DNA from: Candidatus Yanofskybacteria bacterium CG10_big_fil_rev_8_21_14_0_10_46_23
Lineage (GTDB): Bacteria; Patescibacteriota; Minisyncoccia; 2-02-FULL-40-12; IGHO2-12-FULL-4
Assembly (NCBI GenBank): GCA_002771135.1
Contig: PCXO01000005.1
Span: forward strand, 38,061-102,060
Direction of reading: 5' to 3'
Length of the DNA stretch: 64,000 bases
Under the pieces are notes generated by a model. The model had not been told where the DNA came from, did not search any database, and worked only from the letters and a program-made list of their open reading frames with translations. The first letter of the stretch is position 1, and each line of letters opens with the position of its first letter. The translations under genes and the position numbers were made by a program. Of the stretch, positions 1 through 9,708 are shown one piece after another.

Positions 1-209
1 CGGCGCTTATCTCGGTAAACCTGGCGGTTCTTAATATAATCCCTTTCCCGGCCCTAGATGGCGGTCGGCTCCTGTTTATTATTATCGAGAAGATTCGACG
101 TCGAGCTATTCCTCAGAAAGTTGAAGGGTTGGTAAACGCGGCCGGTTTTTCTCTTCTGCTGTTATTGATGGTTTATATTACCGTTAAAGATGTTCTCCAT
201 TTTTTGTAA
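1..209 (+). CDS. rseP: RseP-family site-2 zinc metalloprotease, C-terminal fragment (5' end outside window)
   Basis: Frame 3 reads ...NLAVLNIIPFPALDGGRLLFIIIEKIRRRAIPQKVEGLV...; the PFPxLDGG motif is typical of the RseP C-terminus; stop TAA 207-209. Confidence 0.6.
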   Translation, partial: ALISVNLAVLNIIPFPALDGGRLLFIIIEKIRRRAIPQKVEGLVNAAGFSLLLLLMVYITVKDVLHFL

Positions 210-426
210 TCGCAAAATAAATAGAAAGAGCTAATTTTTATTCAGAAAAATATGTTTAATCAAGAAACCGTATCGCCTGTGGATTGCATGGTCCGACCAG
301 CTTGGGGGGGCGGAATCCATAGGCGATGCGGAATGAACAAAACTCGCTGGGTTTTGGAATGTTTTCGGATTAAATATATTTTTTACATTTGTTAAGTCAT
401 CTCCATTCGGCCATAATAAAGACAAT

Positions 427-1665
427 ATGAAAATTTCCGAATCTCTGATAAAAACCCAAAAACATACCGCTAAAGACGAGACCAGTCGAAATGCCCAACT
501 TTTGACTCAAGGGGGCTTTATTTATAAAAATATGGCTGGCGTTTATAGCTATACCCCAATCGGTCTTCGGGTTCTAAACAAAATCATGGGGATAATTCGG
601 GAAGAGATGGACAGGATCGGGGCTCAGGAATTATTTTTAGCCTCGCTTCAGGATCCTCAGATTTGGGAGAAAACAGAGCGTTGGTCCGATGAAGCGATCG
701 ATGTCTGGTTTAAGACCAGACTTAAAAATGAGACGGAGATCGGCTTAGCCACAACTCACGAGGAGCCACTGACGGAAATGCTTAGCCACTTTATCGGATC
801 CTATAAAGATTTACCCCGCTATCTTTATCAATTTCAAACAAAATTTCGGAATGAACTTCGGGCCAAAAGTGGTTTGATGCGCTCTCGGGAGTTTATCATG
901 AAGGACCTCTATTCTTTCAGTCGATCCGAGGCCGAACTTCAAGAATTTTATGATCAAGTGATTCTGGCCTATTCAACGATCTTTCAGCGTCTCGGTCTCG
1001 GGGAAAAAACGATCATTACTTATGCCAGTGGTGGAAGTTTTTCTGATTTTAGTCACGAATTTCAAACTTTAACTGAAGCGGGCGAGGACACAATTTATTT
1101 GGACGAAGAAAAGGGGTTGGCGATCAATAAGGAGGTTTATTCCGATGAAGTCATCACCAAATTAGGGTTGAATAAGAGCCGTCTCGTGGAGCGAAAATCA
1201 GTTGAGGTGGGGAACATCTTTAAATTGGGGACGCGATTTTCCGAGACCTTGGGCCTTGGCTTTACCGATGAAGATGGCCGGAAAAAACCGGTTGTTATGG
1301 GTTCTTACGGAATCGGTCCCGGGCGGGTCATGGGGACAATTGCCGAGCTACACAACGATGATCAGGGTTTAATTTGGCCCGAAGCGGTTACGCCTTTTCA
1401 GGTTTATCTCATTGGTCTAGATACCGGTTCGATTGAGGCGGAAAAAATTTATCGGCAACTGCTGGAGTCCGGGGTGGAGGTTTTATTTGATGACCGGGAC
1501 TCGGCCAGCCCGGGGGAGAAATTCGCTGATGCCGACCTTCTGGGGATTCCGTATCGGGTCGTCGTTAGCCCAAAGACGATCAAAGAGAACTCCATCGAGT
1601 TGAAATCACGTCAATCAAGTGAGACGGAACTAATTAAATTTAGTGAACTTTTGGAAAGGATCTAG
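427..1665 (+). CDS. proS: prolyl-tRNA synthetase (class II, short archaeal/eukaryote-like type)
   Basis: 412 aa; class II motifs (YSYTPIGLRVL..., REFIMKDLYSF, GSYGIGPGRVMG) and a C-terminal anticodon-binding domain. Confidence 0.85.
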   Translation: MKISESLIKTQKHTAKDETSRNAQLLTQGGFIYKNMAGVYSYTPIGLRVLNKIMGIIREEMDRIGAQELFLASLQDPQIWEKTERWSDEAIDVWFKTRLKNETEIGLATTHEEPLTEMLSHFIGSYKDLPRYLYQFQTKFRNELRAKSGLMRSREFIMKDLYSFSRSEAELQEFYDQVILAYSTIFQRLGLGEKTIITYASGGSFSDFSHEFQTLTEAGEDTIYLDEEKGLAINKEVYSDEVITKLGLNKSRLVERKSVEVGNIFKLGTRFSETLGLGFTDEDGRKKPVVMGSYGIGPGRVMGTIAELHNDDQGLIWPEAVTPFQVYLIGLDTGSIEAEKIYRQLLESGVEVLFDDRDSASPGEKFADADLLGIPYRVVVSPKTIKENSIELKSRQSSETELIKFSELLERI

Positions 1666-1745
1666 GCCTCTTTATTGACATAATTTATTTTTTATCTTAA
1701 TATCACTCGAGTTCTTTCAACTTACAAGGAGAGAAAAAATGATTA

Positions 1746-2117
1746 TTGGCTCGGCGGCCCATTTCAAGATCTGTGATTGTCCCTGCCCGCCCCCCCATGG
1801 AGAGGTTATCCTCTCCTAATGGCCGAATTTCTCCGGTTATTTTCTCGAAGGCCTTGGCTTTGCGGGTTATTGATTTAGCCGCGGCGGCCGGCTTGATAAC
1901 CAATTGGGAGATACCCGAGGTGAGGCGCCAAATCAAGGCGTCCTCTCTTCTGGATTTTGTGTCTGATTCAGATCGAGAGGCGACCCTCGCCGATCTTGAA
2001 ACACTTCACCCTCAGACCGGGAGGACAAAAGAGCTGAATCGGGTCGAGGATATTTTCCGGGAATCGTGGGTGAAAAATTACCACGACCCTCAAGAGGGCT
2101 GGTCCTGGATCAATTAA
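1746..2117 (+). CDS. hypothetical protein (start uncertain; see poly-C frame junction finding)
   Basis: 123-aa ORF followed immediately by a strong intrinsic terminator; its 5' end overlaps a short RBS-led ORF in another frame. Confidence 0.35.
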   Translation: MARRPISRSVIVPARPPMERLSSPNGRISPVIFSKALALRVIDLAAAAGLITNWEIPEVRRQIKASSLLDFVSDSDREATLADLETLHPQTGRTKELNRVEDIFRESWVKNYHDPQEGWSWIN

Positions 2118-2120
2118 ACC

Positions 2121-2144
2121 GCCCACCTAACGGTGGGTTTTTGT
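2121..2144 (+). terminator. rho-independent terminator
   Basis: GCCCACC-TAAC-GGTGGGTTTTTGTTT hairpin plus T-run directly after the stop at 2117. Confidence 0.6.
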
Positions 2145-2175
2145 TTGCTTTGCCTTTAGTGGTCAGTTTGATAGA

Positions 2176-3237
2176 GTGGGAATGCTTATGTTGGGACGAT
2201 TTTTCGGCTTATTTTCAAAAGATATTGGAATTGATTTAGGGACGGCAAACACCCTTGTTTATGTGCGAGGTCGGGGGATTGTTATCAATGAGCCCTCAGT
2301 TGTGGCGGTTAACCAAAAAACCGGGCGAGTGCTGGCCATCGGAGAGGAGGCGCGAAAAATGGTTGGCCGGACTCCCGGCTATATTTCGGTCTATAAGCCG
2401 TTGGTTAACGGCGTAGTTTCAGATTTTGAAGTGACCGAGCAGATGCTCAAATATTTTATCGATAAAGTTCATGAGGGTAATTTCCTATTTCCCCCGCGAC
2501 CCCGGGTGGTGGTGGGCCTTCCCTCGGGAGTGACGGAAGTGGAGCGTCGCGCGGTGGAGGATGCCACTTATAATGCTGGCGCTCGGGCTGTCTTTTTGAT
2601 TGAAGAACCGATGGCGGCGGCAATCGGGGCCCGCCTACCTATTCAAGATGCTTCGGCCAACGTTATCGTTGACATTGGGGGTGGGACGACCGAAGTGGCG
2701 GTAATTTCGATGGGGGGAATGGTTACCTCGCGGTCGCTTCGAATAGCCGGAGATGCTCTAACTAAAAATATTATTCAATACTTGCGAGAAGAGCACAATC
2801 TTTTTATCGGTGATGCGACCGCCGAACGCTTGAAAATTGAACTCGGCTCTGCCTTCCCTCTGGAAGAAGAACTGGAATCGACGGTTCGCGGTCGAGATTT
2901 GGTTACGGGACTACCCAAAGAAATAAAAATTACCTCTCAACAGGTTCGGGTTGCTTTAGCTCCTTCCGTCCAAAGAATTGTTGCCTCGGTTCGAAGCGCG
3001 ATTGAAGAGACCCCGCCGGAACTCATTGCCGATTTGTTGAATCGTTATATCTACATTTCCGGTGGCGGAAGTTTGCTCCGAGGACTGGATGAACTAATCG
3101 CCAAAGACACTAATTTACCGGTGCGAGTCGTTGACGACCCGCTAACCTCGGTGGTTCGAGGCTGTGGCTTGGTGCTAGAGAATATCGACGAGTTACAAGA
3201 TATTTTAGTTTCGACTCAAAAGGAGGGCTATGTTTAA
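2176..3237 (+). CDS. mreB: rod shape-determining protein MreB (actin-like ATPase)
   Basis: GIDLGTANTLVYVRGRGIVINEPSVVAV N-terminal phosphate-1 motif; 353 aa; GTG start at 2176, alternative ATGs at 2182 and 2188. Confidence 0.9.
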   Translation: MGMLMLGRFFGLFSKDIGIDLGTANTLVYVRGRGIVINEPSVVAVNQKTGRVLAIGEEARKMVGRTPGYISVYKPLVNGVVSDFEVTEQMLKYFIDKVHEGNFLFPPRPRVVVGLPSGVTEVERRAVEDATYNAGARAVFLIEEPMAAAIGARLPIQDASANVIVDIGGGTTEVAVISMGGMVTSRSLRIAGDALTKNIIQYLREEHNLFIGDATAERLKIELGSAFPLEEELESTVRGRDLVTGLPKEIKITSQQVRVALAPSVQRIVASVRSAIEETPPELIADLLNRYIYISGGGSLLRGLDELIAKDTNLPVRVVDDPLTSVVRGCGLVLENIDELQDILVSTQKEGYV

Positions 3238-4009
3238 TTCCTCACAAATTATCGCTCGATTTTTATTTTTTTTCAGTATCTTTTTAATTGGGGTTATCAC
3301 GGCCGGGGGGTTTCTCCGGGGGGCTCCTTTCTATTTCTTTTCTCGGCCGGTCGCGGGAGCCACCGAAATTAGCTTAGAGCTAAGATACTTTTGGCAATCC
3401 CTAACAAATTATAGAGAAATTTTTGAAGAAAATATTTTTCTGCGTCAAAAATATTCCGAACGACTCTCGCAGGAAGCCCGTGTGGCACAACTGGAGGCGG
3501 AGAATAAGCAACTTCGAGACCAATTGAAAATTGGGCCGGTTCCTCAAAACAAACTATTGCCGGTGCGGATTATTTTGAGTAAAGATGGTTTAGTCCAGTC
3601 CGGGGTTTTGATTGATTCTGGCACCTCGAGCGGTATTGAGGTGGGCGATGTTTTAATTTATGGCGGGAATGCCTTTATCGGGGTTGTCCAAGAGGTTTTT
3701 GACACAACGGCTCGAGTCACTCGACTTGGAGATCCCAGTTTGGAGATAAGTTTAGAGACAAATCGGGGCGTCCTTGCTTCAACTGAGGGAAAGATTGATA
3801 ACAATATTGAACTCAATCTGGTTTCGATTGACGAACAGGTCTCTATTGGAGATCTAGTCTTCACCAGTGGGCTTGACGGTTTGGCCCGAGGGGTTATTGT
3901 CGGGGTTGTCGTTCGTTCCGAATCTCCAAGTGGGGAATTATTCCAAAAAGTGGAGGTGGAACCGATTGTTAAAGTAATCGACTCCAATCAAGCTTTTGTC
4001 TTAAAATAA
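3230..4009 (+). CDS. mreC: rod shape-determining protein MreC
   Basis: Directly downstream of mreB, overlapping its stop; N-terminal TM, a coiled coil (QLEAENKQLRDQLK) and a beta-rich C-terminus. Confidence 0.65.
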   Translation: MFNSSQIIARFLFFFSIFLIGVITAGGFLRGAPFYFFSRPVAGATEISLELRYFWQSLTNYREIFEENIFLRQKYSERLSQEARVAQLEAENKQLRDQLKIGPVPQNKLLPVRIILSKDGLVQSGVLIDSGTSSGIEVGDVLIYGGNAFIGVVQEVFDTTARVTRLGDPSLEISLETNRGVLASTEGKIDNNIELNLVSIDEQVSIGDLVFTSGLDGLARGVIVGVVVRSESPSGELFQKVEVEPIVKVIDSNQAFVLK

Positions 4010-4010
4010 T

Positions 4011-4379
4011 TTGATGAAGTATTTATTCGGAATTATTTTTGGTTTATTTTATGATTTTGTTTTATCCGCTGGCTTTGGCTTACCTTCGGTAAACATTTTG
4101 CCGATTGTCTTGGTGTTACTTTTAATTAGCTCGGGGCGTCTTAATCGGCAGAGGTTATTCTTTGTTGGTTTGGGCGTTTTGGTCTATGATGCTTTCCAGC
4201 CCCACCACTTTGGTCTGGTTGCTTTCGCCTTTGCCTTATCCCTCGGCTTAGTTACGCTCATTAAAGAGCGGTTAATCCGTTTTGAGGCCCGCCCCCTATC
4301 GATCTTGTCTTTTGGCTTGATAATTGGCGCGATTCAATTTATGGCTCTTTCGGCTCTTGTCCGCATCTGGCCGGTTTAA
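4011..4379 (+). CDS. mreD: rod shape-determining protein MreD (polytopic membrane protein)
   Basis: 122-aa highly hydrophobic protein between mreC and the PBP2 gene; canonical gene order. Confidence 0.5.
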   Translation: MMKYLFGIIFGLFYDFVLSAGFGLPSVNILPIVLVLLLISSGRLNRQRLFFVGLGVLVYDAFQPHHFGLVAFAFALSLGLVTLIKERLIRFEARPLSILSFGLIIGAIQFMALSALVRIWPV

Positions 4380-4389
4380 TTTAGAGGTG

Positions 4390-6267
4390 ATGAATAAAAA
4401 ATATCGTATTTCTCCAAATGAAGATTTTGTTGATCCCGAGGAAACTTTGGCGGGTTCGCGGGGGCATGTTTCAACGATGGAGCATCCGGTTTCCGGGTCT
4501 ATTTTCCAAATTATTTTATTGGGGATAGTTTTTGTCTTAGTTTTCTATTTCATTTTTATTCTTCGCCTCTCTGTCGTCTCGGGGGGCGATCTTCGGTCGG
4601 CGGCAATTAGAAATGCCTCACTCAGTTATATTGTTTCGCCACCTCGAGGAACAATTTTTGATCGAAATGGTCAGACTCTGGCCTTTAATCTTCCCAATTT
4701 TAAACTGTTGCTAATCTCTCGACATGCTTCGATAAAATCACTTGAGAATGGAGCGGGACTCAGAATTGCCCAGATTTTAGATATTAGTGAAGCTGAAGTT
4801 GAGGCTGATTTTAATAGAATTAGTCGGGAGTCAGTCGTAGAGATAAAGAAGGATATTTCCAAAGAGCAGGCGGTTCAATTGGGCCAACTGGATATTCCGG
4901 GCTTAGTCGTGGTCTCCGAACCAGAGCGGGTCTATCCGCACGGTTCATATTTCTCGCATATCATTGGCTATATTAATAATGTTTCCGAAAAAGATCTTAA
5001 CCGAGATAGTTACTATTATCTTCGAGACAAAATTGGCCGAACCGGGATTGAGGCGACTTACGAAGCAATTTTACGGGGCGAGCATGGGGTCATCAATTTT
5101 TCTCAAGAGCATGTTGATCCGCAGAAAATTGTTGAGGAGGAATCCGGGAATAGTTTGGTTTTAAATATTGATTCCACTATCCAACAAGATCTCTTTGACA
5201 GCCTTGAAAAGGCGCTGAGATCGGCGGGGTTACATCGAGGGGCAGCGGTTATCCAAAATCCGAATAGTGGAGCGGTACTGGGGTTGGTCAGTTTCCCGAC
5301 CTACGACAATAATGAACTCCAAGATTCCTTAACCCAAGATCAAGTGACGCGTTTGTTTCAGGATTCGAATCGGCCTCTTTTTAATCGGGCTATCGGGGGT
5401 CTCTATAGCCCCGGTTCAACCATAAAGCCTCTTTACGCCCTAGCCGGCCTAAACGAAAAGACGATCACCCCCCAGACTTCGATAACCGACCTAGTCGGCT
5501 TTATTACCATTCCAAATCAGTTTGACCCCAATATTGTCTATACTTATCGAGATTGGAAGATCCAAGGCACGGTTGATCTTCGAAAAGCGATTGCCCAATC
5601 ATCAGACATCTTCTTTTATTCCGTCGGTGGGGGCTATGGAAACATCAAGGGGTTGGGTATTGATCGAATCACAAAATATTTAAGAGATTTTTTGGCGGAT
5701 AAAGCTTTAGGGATTGATTTGGCGGGGGAACAATCCGGATTTGTTCCGGACCCGACTTGGAAACTAGCTACGAAGGGGGAGCCTTGGTTTACCGGGGATA
5801 CCTATAATATCTCAATTGGTCAAGGAGATCTCTTGGTAACCCCGCTCTGGCTCAGTACTTACACCGCCGCGATTGCCAACGAGGGGATAATTTACCGACC
5901 TGAAGTTGTAAATAAAATTGTGAACAAGGAAAATGAAACTTTAGAGCTGTTTGAAAAAGAGATTATCGGTCAAGTTGATTTTGATCTTGCCGACCTTAGG
6001 GCGGTTCAGGAAGGTATGCGTCAAACGGCGACTACCGGAACGTCTCGATTATTGGCAAATTTGCCCGTGCCGGTGGCGGCAAAAAGCGGAACGGCCGAGG
6101 TGCTAAAGGGGAAGAGTTCCAACTCATTAATCACTGTCTACGGCCCCTATCAAGATCCTAATTTTGTTTTATCGGTTGTGATTGAGGGAATCAATCAAAA
6201 CCAGCAGGGTTTGGCGACGCAGGTAGCCTATGATTTCCTCACCAAATATTTTGCTAAAAATTTATAA
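4390..6267 (+). CDS. mrdA: penicillin-binding protein 2 (peptidoglycan D,D-transpeptidase)
   Basis: GAGGTG RBS then ATG at 4390; PPRGTIFDRNGQTLAFN dimerisation-domain signature; SxxK as STIKP, KTG-like as KSGTAE. Confidence 0.85.
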   Translation: MNKKYRISPNEDFVDPEETLAGSRGHVSTMEHPVSGSIFQIILLGIVFVLVFYFIFILRLSVVSGGDLRSAAIRNASLSYIVSPPRGTIFDRNGQTLAFNLPNFKLLLISRHASIKSLENGAGLRIAQILDISEAEVEADFNRISRESVVEIKKDISKEQAVQLGQLDIPGLVVVSEPERVYPHGSYFSHIIGYINNVSEKDLNRDSYYYLRDKIGRTGIEATYEAILRGEHGVINFSQEHVDPQKIVEEESGNSLVLNIDSTIQQDLFDSLEKALRSAGLHRGAAVIQNPNSGAVLGLVSFPTYDNNELQDSLTQDQVTRLFQDSNRPLFNRAIGGLYSPGSTIKPLYALAGLNEKTITPQTSITDLVGFITIPNQFDPNIVYTYRDWKIQGTVDLRKAIAQSSDIFFYSVGGGYGNIKGLGIDRITKYLRDFLADKALGIDLAGEQSGFVPDPTWKLATKGEPWFTGDTYNISIGQGDLLVTPLWLSTYTAAIANEGIIYRPEVVNKIVNKENETLELFEKEIIGQVDFDLADLRAVQEGMRQTATTGTSRLLANLPVPVAAKSGTAEVLKGKSSNSLITVYGPYQDPNFVLSVVIEGINQNQQGLATQVAYDFLTKYFAKNL

Positions 6268-6380
6268 CTGTGATATTCTCCGAAGCTGGAATTATCGAAC
6301 TTGTCCGGTTCCCTATTTTATCAACAGTGACGAAAGTCGGTTTTGCTGATACTTTTAGTTGTTAGATTCCTCAAAAAATT

Positions 6381-6845
6381 ATGGATAACCCACACTATAT
6401 AAGCAAGGAAGGCCTCGAGAAGCTCAAGCTTGAGCTCGAAGAAAGGAAGAATAGAATTCGGCCGGAGATTGCCAAACGTATCTTGGAGGCGACCGGTTTT
6501 GGCGACTTGTCTGAAAACGCGGAGTATACGGAAGCTAAAGAGATGCAGGCCTTCAACCAAGGCCGGATTGAGGAGCTTGAAGATATAATCCGCAATGCTT
6601 CAATAATTGATAACGGCGGGAAGAAGCCGACGCTGGTTTCCGTTGGGACAACCGTCGCGGTCCAATTCCGAGGCAAGAAACAAGAATTTACTATTGTCGG
6701 AGCCTCCGAATCAGCCCCGGCCCAAGGTCTAATTTCGAACGAATCCCCGCTGGGGAAAGCTTTTGTCGGCAAAAAAAAGGGCGAAGAAGTGAAGGTCACT
6801 ATCCCCAAGGGAACCGTTACCTATAAGATTATAAATATATCGTAG
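6381..6845 (+). CDS. greA: transcription elongation factor GreA
   Basis: YISKEGLEKLKLELEERKNRIRPEIAKRILEATGFGDLSENAEYTEAKE coiled-coil N-domain plus FKBP-like C-domain; 154 aa. Confidence 0.9.
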   Translation: MDNPHYISKEGLEKLKLELEERKNRIRPEIAKRILEATGFGDLSENAEYTEAKEMQAFNQGRIEELEDIIRNASIIDNGGKKPTLVSVGTTVAVQFRGKKQEFTIVGASESAPAQGLISNESPLGKAFVGKKKGEEVKVTIPKGTVTYKIINIS

Positions 6846-6867
6846 GTCTCAAAAATAGTTTTCTCTT

Positions 6868-6895
6868 AAAGGGTGTGGTGACACACCCTTTAAAT
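6868..6895. terminator. bidirectional intrinsic terminator (palindromic)
   Basis: AAAGGGTGTG-GTGA-CACACCCTTTAAA perfect 10-bp stem after greA. Confidence 0.6.
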
Positions 6896-6926
6896 TAGTC
6901 TAAAATGTAATAAATTAAATGAATCT

Positions 6927-8399
6927 ATGGCCCTTGAAGAAATTCGAAAAATAAAAATAAATAAGGTTGAGCGACTTCGAAAAAACGGGGCGGAACCCTA
7001 CCCGGCTTTAGTTGAGAGAACCCACACCATCGCCGAGGCGAAAGATGACTTTGAAAATTTACAAAACTCAGGCGAAACAATTACAATTGTCGGTCGGGTG
7101 GTCTCTCGTCGAGAACACGGCGGGTCGATCTTCATAAATTTGATCGATGGTGGGGGCGAGTTTCAGACATATTTGAAAAAAGACATTGTCGGCGAGGCGG
7201 TTTTCCAATCATTTATAGATTTTGCCGATGTCGGAGATTTTCTAGAGGTTTCCGGGAAACCTTTTACCACTAAAAAAGGTGAACCGACTCTAGAGATAAA
7301 TAGCCTTCGGATTATCTCTAAGGCTATCCTGCCGATGCCGGAGAAGTGGCACGGTTTAAAGGATGTTGAGGAGCGTTTTCGAAAACGTTATCTGGATTTG
7401 ATTTTCAATAAAGACGTTCGAACCAGTTTTGAGTTGCGGACAAAAATAATTGTGGCGGTCCGAAATTATTTTATCGATCACGGCTTCATGGAGGTTGAAA
7501 CCCCGATTCTCCAACCATTGGCGGGCGGGGCTTTGGCTCGACCCTTCAAAACGCATATGAACGACCTAGATTTGGATCTTTATCTCCGCGTTGCCCCCGA
7601 ACTCTATCTGAAGCGTCTTCTGGTCGGAGGGTTTGAACGAGTTTTCGAGATCGGAAAAGATTTTCGCAATGAGGGCATGGATCGAGAGCATAACCCGGAA
7701 TTCACGATGTTGGAGGCTTATGCGGCCTATCGCGACTACAACTGGATGATGGATTTTATCGAGAGCTTATTTAGAAAAGTTGTTAAAGAGGTTTTTGATA
7801 CGGAGAAAATTGAGACCGAAAAGGGGGAAATTAATTTTGGCCAACCCTTCCCGCGGCGGACTTTTAATGATTTATTGAAAGAACACGCTGGGGTGGATTA
7901 TGACGAAATTAGTGAGGCGGATTTAAAGATCAAAGCGGCGGATCTCGGGATCAAAGTCGAAGATAAAATGTCCAAAGGTCTTGTGGCTGATGAGATTTAT
8001 AAAAAGGTGGCTCGACCGGGGATCATTCAGCCAACCTTTATTATCAATCATCCCCTTGATATTTCTCCTTTGGCTAAAAAGATGCCGACGAATCCCAGTC
8101 ATGTTGAGCGATTCCAGCTCCTTTTGGGGGCGATGGAGGTGGCCAATGCTTTTTCCGAGCTGAATGATCCGATTGATCAGCGGGAACGCTTTGCCACCCA
8201 AGAAAAGAATCGAGATCGGGGTGATGAGGAGGCGCATCGGATGGACAATGATTTTATCGAAGCTTTAGAATATGGAATGCCCCCGGCCGCTGGCGTGGGG
8301 ATTGGGATAGACCGACTCGTTACGCTCTTGACGGGAGCCCATACGCTAAGAGAGATAATTTTATTCCCAACCATGAAGCCGGTTAAGATCGAAGAATAA
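6927..8399 (+). CDS. lysS: lysyl-tRNA synthetase, class II
   Basis: OB-fold N-domain (GRVVSRREHGGSIFINL) and class II core (FRNEGMDREHNPEFTMLEAY, GIGIDRLV). Confidence 0.9.
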   Translation: MALEEIRKIKINKVERLRKNGAEPYPALVERTHTIAEAKDDFENLQNSGETITIVGRVVSRREHGGSIFINLIDGGGEFQTYLKKDIVGEAVFQSFIDFADVGDFLEVSGKPFTTKKGEPTLEINSLRIISKAILPMPEKWHGLKDVEERFRKRYLDLIFNKDVRTSFELRTKIIVAVRNYFIDHGFMEVETPILQPLAGGALARPFKTHMNDLDLDLYLRVAPELYLKRLLVGGFERVFEIGKDFRNEGMDREHNPEFTMLEAYAAYRDYNWMMDFIESLFRKVVKEVFDTEKIETEKGEINFGQPFPRRTFNDLLKEHAGVDYDEISEADLKIKAADLGIKVEDKMSKGLVADEIYKKVARPGIIQPTFIINHPLDISPLAKKMPTNPSHVERFQLLLGAMEVANAFSELNDPIDQRERFATQEKNRDRGDEEAHRMDNDFIEALEYGMPPAAGVGIGIDRLVTLLTGAHTLREIILFPTMKPVKIEE

Positions 8400-8400
8400 C

Positions 8401-9708
8401 ATGTTAGATATTAAATTCATTCGAGAAAACTTTGAGTTTGTAAAAAAAGCCGCTCATGATAAGGGCTGTAAGCTTGATTTTGATAAACTTCTAAAGCTGG
8501 ATAAGGAACGGCGAGATTTATTGGGTGAGCTGGAAAAACTTCGGGCTAATCAAAACAAAGGTTCGAAAGCTAAACCGACCCCGGAGGAGCAGGGGGCCCT
8601 AAAAAACAATAAGCAAAGGATCCAAGCCCAAGAAAAAGAGCTCGAGGGGGTTACAACTGAATTTGACGCGCTCATGCTTAAAATCCCCAATCCGGCGATG
8701 GCCGATGTCCCCGTCGGTAAAGATGAGGCTGATAACCAAGTCATTCGAAAGTGGGGTGAGCCTCGGGAATTTAAGTTCCGAGTTCGAGATCATGTTGAGC
8801 TGGGGGAGATTTTAGATGTTATTGATATTGATCGCGCGACCAAGGTTTCGGGCGCGCGCTCGGCTTATTTAAAGGGTGGCGCGGTTAAAATTCAATTTGC
8901 CTTAGTTCAGTTTGTTTTTGAGGCGCTGACTAATGAGAAAACTCTGGCCAAAATTATAAAATCAATGGGAGAGAAAATCAATCCAAAACCGTTTGTTCCG
9001 GTTGTTCCCCCGGTTATTATCAAGCCCGAACCCTTCCGCCGGATGGCTCGACTCTCCGAGGCTGACAAAGACGAACGCTATTACCTTCAACAAGATGATA
9101 AGTACTTGGTTGGGAGTGCCGAACACACTCTCGGTTCAATGTTTATGGACGAGATTATTGATGAACGCGATCTCCCAATCCGCTTCTTAGGCTATTCGAC
9201 TAGCTTTCGACGCGAGGCCGGTTCCTATGGGAAGGATACCCGAGGGATTCTTCGAGTGCATCAATTTGATAAGTTAGAGATGGAGTCATTTACGGTTGGC
9301 GAAGATTCGCTTAAAGAACACAACTTTTTTGTCGCGATTCAGGAATACTTGATGCAACAACTCGACATCCCATATCAGGTCATTTTAGTCTCTACCGGCG
9401 ACATGGGTGGCCCGGATGCTCACCAAGTGGACATTGAGGCTTGGATCCCGGGTCAAAATAAATATCGAGAAACTCATACTGCTGACTTAATGACCGATTA
9501 TCAGGCTCGTCGACTTCAAACCCGAGTCCGACGGCTCAATGGTCAAATTGAAGTTGCTCACACCAACGATGCGACCGCTTTTGCTATCGGCCGAATTCTT
9601 ATTGCCATCTTAGAGAATAATCAAGAAGAAGACGGGTCAGTTAGAATCCCCAAGATTTTACAAAAGTATCTTGGTCAAAAGGTAATTAGGCCCCCGGAAA
9701 ACAAATGA
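8401..9708 (+). CDS. serS: seryl-tRNA synthetase
   Basis: MLDIKFIRENFEFV start, N-terminal coiled-coil arm, class II motifs; 435 aa. Confidence 0.9.
   Translation: MLDIKFIRENFEFVKKAAHDKGCKLDFDKLLKLDKERRDLLGELEKLRANQNKGSKAKPTPEEQGALKNNKQRIQAQEKELEGVTTEFDALMLKIPNPAMADVPVGKDEADNQVIRKWGEPREFKFRVRDHVELGEILDVIDIDRATKVSGARSAYLKGGAVKIQFALVQFVFEALTNEKTLAKIIKSMGEKINPKPFVPVVPPVIIKPEPFRRMARLSEADKDERYYLQQDDKYLVGSAEHTLGSMFMDEIIDERDLPIRFLGYSTSFRREAGSYGKDTRGILRVHQFDKLEMESFTVGEDSLKEHNFFVAIQEYLMQQLDIPYQVILVSTGDMGGPDAHQVDIEAWIPGQNKYRETHTADLMTDYQARRLQTRVRRLNGQIEVAHTNDATAFAIGRILIAILENNQEEDGSVRIPKILQKYLGQKVIRPPENK

Noticed and set aside
1703-1936. 77-aa minus-strand ORF overlapping the 1746..2117 plus-strand ORF.
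   Set aside because: It has no RBS. The plus-strand ORF has a strong downstream intrinsic terminator, and the plus-strand RBS-led start at 1739 fits better.
6395-6808. 137-aa antisense ORF inside greA, and similar antisense ORFs inside mreC, lysS, serS, TypA, the ABC genes, PBP2, alaS, rpoA and rpsI (e.g. 3658..3987, 7923..8237, 23681..24199, 53303..53548, 60297..60551).
   Set aside because: Each is fully embedded in a well-supported sense gene with clear family motifs. They lack RBSs and have shadow-frame composition, so they are treated as spurious.
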